Assembly (NCBI RefSeq): GCF_009914755.1
Contig: NC_060938.1
Direction: 5' to 3' (one strand)
Length of the DNA stretch: 64,000 bases
DNA from: the human T2T-CHM13v2.0 reference genome, Homo sapiens
The translations under genes were made by a program, and so were the position numbers. The notes under the pieces are model-generated. The model saw only the letters and a program-made list of their open reading frames with translations. It was not told the DNA's origin and searched no databases. Below are positions 50,686 to 64,000 of the stretch, one piece after another. Numbering within the stretch: position 1 is the stretch's first letter; each line of letters starts with the position of its first letter.

Positions 50686-51075
50686 GGTGCAAGTCAGTTA
50701 TTTGGGGAAAAATTTCAGGAAACTGGAGTGGGGAAACTGCAATGAGTGAAATAGGAATGGAAGCAAAACCAGTTACCACTCTGGGCGACTGGGGCTCAAT
50801 CCCACTGGAGACTCTCTAAGGAATTATGTAGAAAATGCTTCAGAAATGTCCACTTGAGACAGGGATTACCTACTGGATCCCATTACTTGTTGGTCAAGGA
50901 GATGCTATCTCCCTCCCATTTCCAATATTGTACCTATTCCTGCCTGCCTGAGAGGACTCCTGCAAGCAGCCGATAGAGTATGCACCAGAGAGGCCTGAGG
51001 ACATCGGTTCGGAGATGCTCAGGGTTGTCAAGAGGAGATGCCATTAGGCTGCATCTGCATACAACTGTTGTGCAC
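50686..51075 (-). mobile_element. ERVL LTR (LTR40-like) fragment
   Basis: cagttaccactctgggcgactggggctcaatcccactggagactctc. Confidence 0.5.
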
Positions 51076-51228
51076 AGTAATGCATATACATAATTAAACA
51101 TTTAAATAGAAATGAGTCTATGGATTGAGAAGTCTCTCTCTGACCACTGACCTCTAGTCCTCCAGTCCTCCCCGGCAGAGGGAATTTTTGCTTCTATCTT
51201 CATATATATCTTTTCAGAGATACCACAT

Positions 51229-52076
<848 letters not shown>

Positions 52077-52129
52077 TGTATTCGAATTTATTTAACCAGT
52101 CATCTTATTGATGATATTGGTATTTCCAG

Positions 52130-53750
<1,621 letters not shown>

Positions 53751-54104
53751 TGCAGTGTGTTTCTTAATTTCAGCACGTGTTTTAAAGTGAAGCTTTACTT
53801 TAGAGGATTGCTGTGTAAGTCTCTGGCTCTTTGGGTTGTTGGTGAGGACTCAGTGCAAAGCATTTAGGGCAGCGCCTGCTGCACAGTGAGTGGCGATGGA
53901 CGTCAGTTACTGCGTGATCACCACTACTACCAGCTCCACCACACGGTCATTGCCTCTCTCTCTGAGTTCCTCATCAGTATATCCAGGAGTGATTTTCTTT
54001 GAAGGGCTAAAATGTTCTACCTGTGGAATTTAGTTAATCCCCATAATCTCTTTAAATGCTGGCCAGGAATTCAGGCACTGTGGCTTTATTTTGCTTTTGC
54101 TTTT

Positions 54105-54194
54105 TAATTAATACACTTTATTTTTTTTAGAGCAGCTTTACACTCACAGCAAAGTTGTGCAAGAGTACACGGAATTCCTAGGTACCCCCATCCC

Positions 54195-54239
<45 letters not shown>

Positions 54240-55262
54240 CTCCTCTACTATCAATCCCATCACCAGAGTGGTACATTTGTTACAATTGATGAACTTACAT
54301 CAACACACCCTTACAACCCAGAGTCCATAGTTTACCTTAGGGTTCACTCCTGGTGTTGCACATTCCTTGGGCTTTGAAAAATGTATAATGACATGTATCT
54401 ACTATGATAGTATCATGCAGAATAGTTTCACTGCCCTAAAAATCCTTTGTGCTGTACCTATTCATTCCTTCCTTCCTCCTAACCCCAGAAAACCACTAAT
54501 CTCTTCACTGTCTCCATAGTTTTGCCTTTTCCAGAAGGTCATGTTGTTGGAATCATACAGTATATTGCCTTTTCAAATTGGCTTCTTTCACTTAGTAGTA
54601 TGCATTTAAGTTTCCTCCATGCTGTTTCATGGCTCGATAGCTCGTTTCTTTCTAGTGCTAGATAATATTCCATTGTCTGGATGTATCACGTTTATTTATC
54701 CACCCACTTACTGAAAAACATCTTGGTTGGGTCCAAGTTTCGGCAATCATGAATAAAGTTGCTATGAACATCCTTGTGCATGCTTTTGTGTGGATGTAAG
54801 TTTTCAATTCATTTGGGTTAATACTGAGGAGTGTATGGTAAGAGTATGTTTACTTTTGTAAGAAACTGCCAAACTGCTTTCCAAAGTGGCTGTACTCTTT
54901 TGCATTTTCATCAGCAATGAATGGGAGTTCCTGTTGCTCCACAACCTCGTCAGCACTTGGCGTTGTCAGTGTTTTGGATTTTGGCCACTCTAATAGGTAC
55001 ATAGTGTTATCTCATTGTTTTAATTTGCAATTCCCTAATGACATAGGATGTTGAGCATCTTTGCATATGTTTACTTGGCATCTATATATCTTCTTTGGTG
55101 GGGTATCTGTTTAGGGTTTTTGCTTATTTTTAAATCAGATTTTTTGTTTTCTTATTGTTGAGTTTTAAGAGTTCTGTATATTTTGGATAATAGTCCTTCA
55201 CCCGGTGTACTTTTTGCAAACACTTTCTCCCAGTGTGTGGCTTGTCGTCTTGTTCTCTTGGC
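54105..55262 (-). mobile_element. L1MC-like 3' end containing (CA)n at ~54197-54237
   Basis: agagtggtacatttgttacaattgatgaac...ttaatttgcaattccctaatgac. Confidence 0.85.
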
Positions 55263-55433
55263 TTTTTTTTTTTCCTTCAACCTCTTCCTTTTTCATATGA
55301 CGGTGCCTCTTCTATTTCACTATTTTTCACCTCAGGCTCCATTCTGGGAGGGCTGCTTGCTTGGTGCATAAACTCTGGGCATAGGCTGGTGCTCTCAGGT
55401 TCAGATAAGTACTTTTAATAATCCTTCTAGACA

Positions 55434-55726
55434 TTTTTTTTTTTTTCTGGACAGAGTTTTGCTCTGTTGCCCAGGCTGGAGTGCAGTGGTGTGATCTTGG
55501 CTCACTACAGCCTCAGCCTCCCAAGTTCAAGCGATTCTCATGCCTCCCGAACAGCTGGGTTTACAGGTGTGTGTACCACCAGGCCTAGCTAATTTTTTGT
55601 ATTTTTGTAAAGACAGGGTTTCACCATGTTGGCCAGGCTGGTCTCAAACTCCTGACCTCAGGTGATCCACCTGCCTCAGCCTCCCAAAGTGCTAGGATTA
55701 CAGGCATGAGCCACTGTGCCTAGTCC
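55434..55726 (-). mobile_element. AluS
   Basis: Dimer; flanks ccttctagacatt / ccttgtggacatt. Confidence 0.93.
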
Positions 55727-55915
55727 TTGTGGACATTCTTAACTTAGGGCTTTGAAAGACAAGAGAAAGGTTAGTTAAAAGGATTGACTCTATACTATGG
55801 AGTGAATTATGTACAGGTATAGCTTAGGTATAACTATATACTGTGTATAGAGTTATAATAATTTTCAGGCATAATTAATTGCGACTCATTTCTCTTTACT
55901 TTTTGAAAAAAAATT

Positions 55916-56047
55916 ATTCTTATTTATTTATTTTTGTAGAGATGGGGTCTGACCATGTGGCCCAGGCTGGTCTTGAAGTCCTAGGCTCAAGGGATCCTCC
56001 CATCTTGGTCTCTTGAAGTGCTGGGATTATAGGCATGAGCCACCAGC
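55916..56047 (-). mobile_element. FLAM / Alu monomer
   Basis: Single monomer. Confidence 0.85.
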
Positions 56048-56099
56048 TCAAATAATCTCCAGCTTATCTCCAGCTCAAATAATATGTTTTTGATCATTT

Positions 56100-56220
56100 A
56101 TTTTCTACTAACCAATAAAATATAAGTGCTAGGATAATAGGGACTTTGTTTTGTTCACCAATGTGAGCCCAAAATAGTGTCTGGCACATAGCAGGCTGTG
56201 TGTTCATATATGATGAATAA
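56100..56220 (+). mobile_element. L2 3' end
   Basis: gggactttgttttgttcacc...gtctggcacatagcagg...tgaataa. Confidence 0.7.
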
Positions 56221-57266
56221 CTTGAAGGCATTTATGAATAAATTACTCTGGGATCCTGTATCCTTCAGATATTGGTGAGACCCTAAGGCAGTTGTGGCTA
56301 CGGGAAGTATGTGCCTTGGTTCTGGGCCATTCTCTTCTCTGCTTGTCTTCAAACTTGCCTGTGTATCCTGTGCCAAGTGATGACTGCATTACTTTCTGCT
56401 GTTGAAAATGGGAACCCTAATTGCAAGGAATCCTTGGTTCCCAAGTCTAAAATTGCTCAGAATGCAGATTTAAAGTACAGAGTATCCAAGAACTGTACTT
56501 TTATGGCTCTGGTTTTAATACATGCCATTCTAATTCTGCAAAATCCTTGCCACAGCTGCCAGGAAATGCCCCTGAAAGCTGCCATCAAGTGCCTTCTGCA
56601 AGCACTGCGGCTGCTGGAAGTTTCAGGAGGAAGAGAACCACTTCAAATTTTGGGCTATCTGGAAGATTCTCCATCCTACTCCCTCTACGTGGGAGACTTC
56701 GCCATTGTCACCTTGGCTACGATAACTAGCTGAGTAAAAAATAAAAGACATTGCCCTGCTGGGGTTGCTATATATCCAGGCCAGGTGTATACATGGGGTA
56801 TTAGGCAGTCACATAGTAGAAGCCAGTACATTCTAATAGATTGATTAAGTCTCATTAATATTATTTTAGATTAACAATTAGGAAATGTGTATCTAAAAAT
56901 TACATTATATCAAAGAAGATATGCAAGTGGTCAATAAGCACATGAAAAGATGCTCACCATCACTAATTATTAGGGAAATGCAAATCAAAACCACAGTAAG
57001 ATACCACTTCACACCCATTAGAATGGCTATTACTAAAAAAAAAATAAACAAATAAAAAACAGTGTTCCCAAGAATGTGGAGAAATTGGAACCCTTGTGTG
57101 TTGCCGGTAGGAATGTAAAACAGTACAGTCACTGTGGAAAACAGTATGGCAGTTCCTAAGAAAATTAAACATAGAATCATCATATGATCTAGGAATTCCA
57201 TGTCTGGGTATATATCAAAAAAAGTTGAAAGCAAAGATGCAAACAGATATTTGTTTGTTTTATAAC

Positions 57267-57601
57267 TTTTATTTATTTATGTATTTTGAGACAGGGTCTC
57301 ACTCTGTTACCCAGGCTAGAGTGCAGTGGCGCAATCACAACTCACTGCAGGCTTGACCTCACGGCCTCAAGTGACCGTCCCACCTCAGTACCACCGCCGC
57401 CACCCCGCCCCACCACCCACTCGCAACGAGTAGTTGGGACTACAGGTCCATGCCTCTACGCACAGCTAATTTTTGTATTTTGTGTAGAGATAGGGTTTCG
57501 CCATGTTGCCCAGGCTTGTCTTGAACTCCTGGGCTCAAGTGATCCAGCCACCTTGGCCTCCAAAAGTGCTGGGATTACAGGCATGAGCTACTGCGCCCAG
57601 C
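57267..57601 (-). mobile_element. AluJ with an internal C-rich expansion
   Basis: TSD taacttttattt. Confidence 0.9.
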
Positions 57602-57602
57602 T

Positions 57603-57995
57603 TAACTTTTATTTTAGGTTCAGGGGTTTACATGTGCAGATTTGTTACATGGGTAAATTGCCTATCCCTGAGGTTTGGCGTATGAATGATTCTGTCACCC
57701 AAGTAGTGTGCATAATAGCCAACAGGTAGTTTTTCAATCCCCCACCATGCCCTCCCCGTCAAGTAGTCCCCAGCGTCTATTGTTCCATGTTTGTGTTCAT
57801 GTGTGCTCAATGTTTAGCTCTCACTTATAAGTGAGAACATATGGTATTTGGTTTTCTGTTCCGGCATGAGTTCACTTAGGATAATGGCCTCTAGCTGCAG
57901 CCATGTTGCTGCAAAGGACGTGACTTCATTCTTTTTTATGGCTGCATAGTGTTCTATGGTATATATGCACCACATTTGCCTCATCTGGTCCACCA
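57603..57995 (-). mobile_element. L1P (L1PA15-16/L1PB-like) 3' end
   Basis: tacatgtgcagatttgttacatgggtaaattg...caagtagtccccagcgtctattgttcc. Confidence 0.85.
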
Positions 57996-58589
57996 CAAAC
58001 AGATACTTGTGTACCAATGTTCATAGTGGCATTATTCACAGTAGCAAAAATGTGTAATCAACCCTAATGCCCATGGAAAGATGAATGAATAAATGAAATG
58101 GGATGTAAACATACAAAGAAATAGTATTCAGCCTTAAGGAATAAAATTCTGAAACATGCTACAACATGGATGAACCTTAAAGATATTATGCTAAGTGAAA
58201 AGCCAGTTACAAAGGACAAATACTGTATGATTCCACTTATATAAGGTACCTAGAATAATCAGATGTCTTTCTTCATAGGGACAGAAAGTAGAGCAGTGAT
58301 TACCAGGTGCTGGGCGCAGGGGACAATGAGGAGGAATACATGTGAACAGTTTCAGTTTGAGATAATGAAAAAAAAAAAAAAGAGATAATGAAAAAGTTTC
58401 GGAGATGGATAGTGGTGGTGGCTGCAGAATGGTATGAATGCACTTAATGCCACTGAATAGTAGGCTTAAAATGTTAAATTTGATATATATTTCACCACAG
58501 TAAAAGACCTCTAAAATTACATTATATACATCTGGATCTGACTAATCTATCTCCTTTTAACAATGTACATGAAAAGAAGTAACAAGAGT

Positions 58590-58815
58590 AGTAAATGCTT
58601 AGACTTAATGTTTCCTAAGTGCTTTGTATATATTCCTGTAATCCTTCCAACACCAGTAATGAGTCAGCTTCTGTTATGTTCTCCAATTTACAGCTAAGGA
58701 AATGGAGACAGAGAAAGGTCAGGTGACTTGCCAAGGGTCACACAGCTAGTGAGTGGTGAAGCCAAATCAAACCCAGTCCGTGTAGCGAGACTGCCCCTGC
58801 ACCCACTGTGGCATG
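58590..58815. mobile_element. MIR
   Basis: gtgacttgccaagggtcacacagctagtgagtgg. Confidence 0.8.
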
Positions 58816-58839
58816 CCGCCTCTCCGATCCTGTAATGCA

Positions 58840-59420
58840 CAAATAAGAGTGCAAGTGGGGCAGCTCACCGAATGTGATCTGCTGTTCTGCTGCGCTGCAG
58901 CTCTTTCATGTCCTCAGTTGACAAGCTCTGACTTGGAGAAGGCCTGCAGCCTTTGAGCAGTGAGGAGTGGATTATTCTAAACTGTCTCCGAGATCGGGCT
59001 CGCAGATTGTTAAACACCGATGTGCGCTTTGCATGGGGCTCCTCTGGGATACGCGTAATTTAAATTACGACATGAGCATTTCATTTTGTATTGGCTGGTA
59101 CACAGTAAATGGAGCAAGCGGGAGCCGGCTGATTTCCAGAGAGACAGAAAACTCGAAAACTGCAGCTGAGAGTCATTTATTCCCTCCATTCCACAGTGTT
59201 CTCTCACTGAAGTGCAGAAATCAGACTGACATGCGATGGCCAGCCCTTCCATCTCTGGAGGATGCAGCACTCCAGAAAGGCAAACAGGGTTGGAGAAGGG
59301 GCCCGGATCTGCCCTGGAAATTAGCCAGGAAGAGTCATGGTCCCTGCTGTGCTTTGCCATGATTTCAGGATCCCTCATCCCAATCAACTAACAGGAGGGG
59401 AACTGAGTCCCATCATCACA
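58840..59420. promoter_or_regulatory. Candidate regulatory element (unique, CpG-retaining segment)
   Basis: No recognisable repeat; more CpGs than the flanks; palindrome cgtaatttaaattacg. Confidence 0.3.
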
Positions 59421-59494
59421 TGCGGTTACCTCACCCTATCAAGCCATTATCTGTGAAACTTTTCGTTATTTTTGTTGTTGTTGTTGTCGTTGTG

Positions 59495-59740
59495 ATAATA
59501 CTAAGAGCTGATATCGAGAGCTGACTACATGCCAGGCATTGTACTAAACACTTTATGCATCTCATGTCATTTCCACCCCACCACAACCATCTGAGGGAGG
59601 CATTGTTCTTACCTGCGTTTTACAGGCTGGGAGGCCCAGAAAGGTTAAGAAACTGCCCAAGTTCACACACAGAGACCGAGCCAGGATTCAAATCCTGGTC
59701 TTTTTGAACCTGTTGCCTATACTCCTAACTGCTAAGTTAT
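59495..59740. mobile_element. MIR
   Basis: atgccaggcattgtactaaacacttt...ccaggattcaaatcc. Confidence 0.8.
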
Positions 59741-60350
59741 GCTTTTTGTTATAAAAGAAGAACGTATTTACATTAATTCTCTGATAGATGGAGAAAAAAA
59801 GAGGTAAGATTCTGTTAGGTTGAAAAGGCTGTTCTGTAGGTCAAAACAGTAAACCATTGGCAATTTAAGAGTTCAATCTAATAATTTGCAGCGGAGCAAC
59901 TGATGAATTTTCTCTTTCATACCCTGGACATGGTAATGGGACTAATATATGTAAAGTTATGAATTGCTGTTAAATTTTGTCATCATCCTGAAAACAAAAG
60001 TATCCCTTGATAGCTGGGTTGGAACCCTGGGGTCACCCTTCTCTGTATAGTCTTGATAGGAAAGGAAGTCCCCAGGGTAGGACAGGGCTACTGAGGAGAC
60101 CTCTGCCCTCTGTCTAGCATATATGGACAAAGAAATCATGCTCTTTATACTGCTTTTTTGGGAAGGTGATGGGACCAGTGTATCCTGGAATGCTTCAGGT
60201 TTTTTAGTGTCTCTCCTCTCCAAACAGTAAGTCTTTGCATTATTCGATGCCTGAAAAGTTGCCTCTGAATCTCTTTACTCCATTATCCTATAGTGTCAAT
60301 TATATTGTTAATACACACATTCTATGCGTGTATGCATGTGTGTACATATA

Positions 60351-60840
60351 TAGTCATGTACCACATAATGACATCTTGGTCAATGACAGACATATAACAG
60401 TGGTCCCATAAGATTATAATACCATATTTCTACTGTATCTTTTCTATGTTTAGATACACAAATACTTACCATTGTGTTTCAGTTGCCTACAGTATTCAGT
60501 ACAGTAACATGCTGTACAGGTTTGTAGCCTTGGCCATAGCAATAGGCCATACCACATAGCTTAGGTGTAGTAGGTTATACCCTCTAGGTTTGTGTAAGTA
60601 CACCCTAATGTTTCCACAATGAAGAAATCATTAGCCAGGCATGATGGCATGTAATCCTAACTGCTCAAGAGGCTGGGGTGGAGGACTGCTTGAGCCCGCG
60701 AGGTTGAGTTTGCAGTGAGGTTGCACCACCGCACTCCAGCCTGGGTGACACAGTGAGACCTCATCTCAAAAACAAAAAAGAAGAAATCACCTAATGACAC
60801 ATTTCTCAGAACGTATCCTTATTGTTAAGTAATGCATGTA
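60351..60840. mobile_element. Tigger3a/MER7-like TcMar-Tigger MITE, split by an Alu monomer
   Basis: ggtcccataagattataataccatattt...cacctaatgacacatttctcagaacgtatcc. Confidence 0.85.
60632..60780 (+). mobile_element. FRAM / Alu right monomer
   Basis: TSD aagaaatca. Confidence 0.85.
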
Positions 60841-61029
60841 TATAGTTACTGTTAACTAAGAAAGACTCTCTTGCTTTCAGAGCAGAGCATTTCTATCTTC
60901 CTTCTCATTTTTACAAAAACAGGTTAAAGTTAGTTTTTATAATAACACATTAAAAGATTAAAGTTTTTTCACAGGTGGAATGGAAGGTAAAAAATTTTTG
61001 AAAGATTAAAGTTTTTAAAAAGGAAGGAA

Positions 61030-61957
<928 letters not shown>

Positions 61958-62199
61958 TGAAAATGATTTTAGAATTCAAAAGCAAAAGTGAAGACCTTCT
62001 AAGATAGAGATGTATTCCTCTTTTCAAACAGCTAGTCCTTGAGAATTAAGGGGCTCTTTAAATAGAAAAAGCTAATTGACACTTTTTCTTTATTTTGATG
62101 TCAGAAATATGACATTTTAACCATAAACATTTATAGGATTTTAATGCCTCAGTTGTAAGCTCCTTCCAGAACAAATAAACATGTAGCTTTAAAAATATA

Positions 62200-64000
62200 C
62201 TGACAGCAATTCCTAGGCAAGTCTTGGTTCTGGGTTGGGCTTAGAGCCAGTGGACTAGGGCAGCATGTGACCTAGAGAGACACCAGCTGGGGTGGCTAAG
62301 GAAGTGCTTGTGCCACCCTCCCTTAACCCCAGGCAGCACAGCTTACAACAAAGAAAGTGACTCCTTCCTTCTGCTTGAGGAGAGGAGAGCAAAGAATAAA
62401 GAGAACTTTGTCCTGTCTCTTGGATATCAGCTCAGCCACAATAGAATAGGGCACTGGGCAGAGTTGTGAGACTCCCATTCCAGGCCTTAGCTCCCAGATA
62501 AATCTCTGTACATACCCAGGGCCAGAAGGGAACTCGCTGCCTTGAAGGGAAAGACCCAGTCCTGGCAGCATTCTGTACCTACTGACCAAAGAGCCCTTGG
62601 GCACTGAATAACCAACAGAAATACCCAGGAGGTACTCCATGGGCTTTGGGTGAGCCTCTGAGATGTACTGGCTTCAGGTGAGGCTCAGCACATTCCCTGC
62701 TGTCATAGCTATGATGAAAGACTCCTTCTGCTTGAGAAAAGCAGAGGGAAAGGTAAAGGGGACTTTGTCTCACACCTTAGGTATCAGCTTGCCCAAAGGC
62801 AGGTAGAGCAACCATTGGGTCCTTGGGGTCCCCAAGTCCTGGCCTAGGCTCTTGGATGGCATTTCTGGACCTGCCCTGGGCCAGAGGGGAGCCCATTGCT
62901 CTGCAGGATGAGTCCCTTTCCTGGCAGCATTCACCACAAGCTGACTGAAGAGTCCTCAGACTTTTAAGTGAACATTGGTGGTGGCTTGGCAGAACTCCCA
63001 AGGGCTGGTGGTGATGGTGGCCACTGGGAGAGGCTTCTTTGACTGTGGAAAGGGGAGGAAAGAGCAGGAAGAATTTGTCTTGCAGTTTGAGGGCCAGCTT
63101 AGCCACAGTAGAATGGAACACCGGTAGATTTCTAAGGTTTTTGACTCTAATCCATAGTAACATCTCTGGACCTGCCTGGAGCCAGGAGGAGGTCCTGCCC
63201 TAAAGGGAAAGACACAAACCTGTCTGTCTTCTCCACCTGCTGATTATAGATCCCTAGGGCCTTAAGCGAACATAGGCAATAGCCAGGTAGTAGTTACATT
63301 GAACCTTGGGTGAGATCCAGTGCTATGCAGGCTTCAGGTCTGATCCAGTGCAGTCCCAGTGGTGGCCACAGTGGTACTTGTGTCACCCCACTCTGAGCTC
63401 CAGGCAGCTCAGCACAGAAAAAGAGACTCCATTTGTTTGGGATAAAGTAAGGGCAGAGAACAAAAACCTCTGCCTAGTAATCCAGAGAATTCTTCCAGGT
63501 CTTATCCAAGATCATCAACAGAGTACCTTTATGAATCTGCAAGAACCACAGCATTATTGGGCTTGGGGCCTAAGTCCTTTGAATACCTGGAAAGCCTTTC
63601 CAAGAAAGACAGGCACAAACAAGCCCAGACTGTGAAGACTACAATAAATACCTAACTCTTCAATGCCCAGACACCAAAGAACATCCACAAGCATCAAGAC
63701 CATCCAGGAAAACATGACCTCACCAAACAAACTAAGTAAGACACCAGGACCAGTCCTGGAGAAACAGACATATGTGACCTTTCAGACAGAGAATTCAAAA
63801 TAGCTGTTTTGAGGAAATTCAAAGAAATTCAAGATAACACAGGGAAGGAATTCAGAATTCTATCAGATAAATTTAACAAAGAGATTGAAATAATAAAAAA
63901 GAAACAAGAAGAAATTCTGGAGTTGAAAAATGCAGCTGACACACTGAAGAATGCATCAGTCTCTTAATAGCAGAACTGATCAAGCAGAAGAATGAATTAT
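62200..64000 (+). mobile_element. L1MA/L1PB-type L1 5'UTR and start of a disrupted ORF1 (ATG 63663); continues beyond the window
   Basis: GC-richer 5'UTR, then MPRHQRTSTSIKTIQENMTSPNKL and, after a frameshift, DLSDREFKIAVLRKFKEIQDN. Confidence 0.88.

Larger units (their letters stand above)
56905..58505 (+). mobile_element. L1MB 3' region, interrupted by an L1P and an AluJ
   Basis: aagcacatgaaaagatgctcaccatcactaattattagggaaatgcaaatcaaaacc. Confidence 0.88.

Noticed and set aside
56311-56733. 140-aa ORF in apparently unique sequence
   Set aside because: No domain similarity or exon structure that I can recognise.

Overview
This is repeat-dense hominid (human-like) genomic DNA; an SVA at the left edge points to a great-ape genome. 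I find no intact protein-coding exon, RNA gene or recognisable host gene. Almost every listed ORF is an incidental frame in Alu, L1, SVA or LTR sequence. The window holds about 44 Alu copies or fragments, a 5'-truncated SVA, a ~3 kb L1PA split by a MER11 solo LTR, older L1M/L2/MIR pieces, many solo LTRs (MER52, MER57, MER41, MER51, MER4, MER34, LTR16, MLT1/MLT2/MST) and DNA-transposon relics. Reading the apparently unique spacers gave the main observations. (1) A nearly full-length hAT Charlie/Buster transposase gene lies on the minus strand at ~20.5-27.2 kb, broken into at least 7 collinear pieces. (2) An ancient L1-type ORF1 fossil at ~32.2-32.7 kb reads in one frame. (3) A five-level nested LTR stack at 42.8-46.6 kb has recoverable target-site duplications (TSDs). 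(4) About 21 consecutive Alus are on the minus strand over ~30 kb. (5) A CpG-retaining unique segment with a perfect 16-bp palindrome lies at ~59 kb. Family names come from memory of consensus sequences, not from database searches. I cannot support a novel functional system; these are fossils and candidate regulatory elements.
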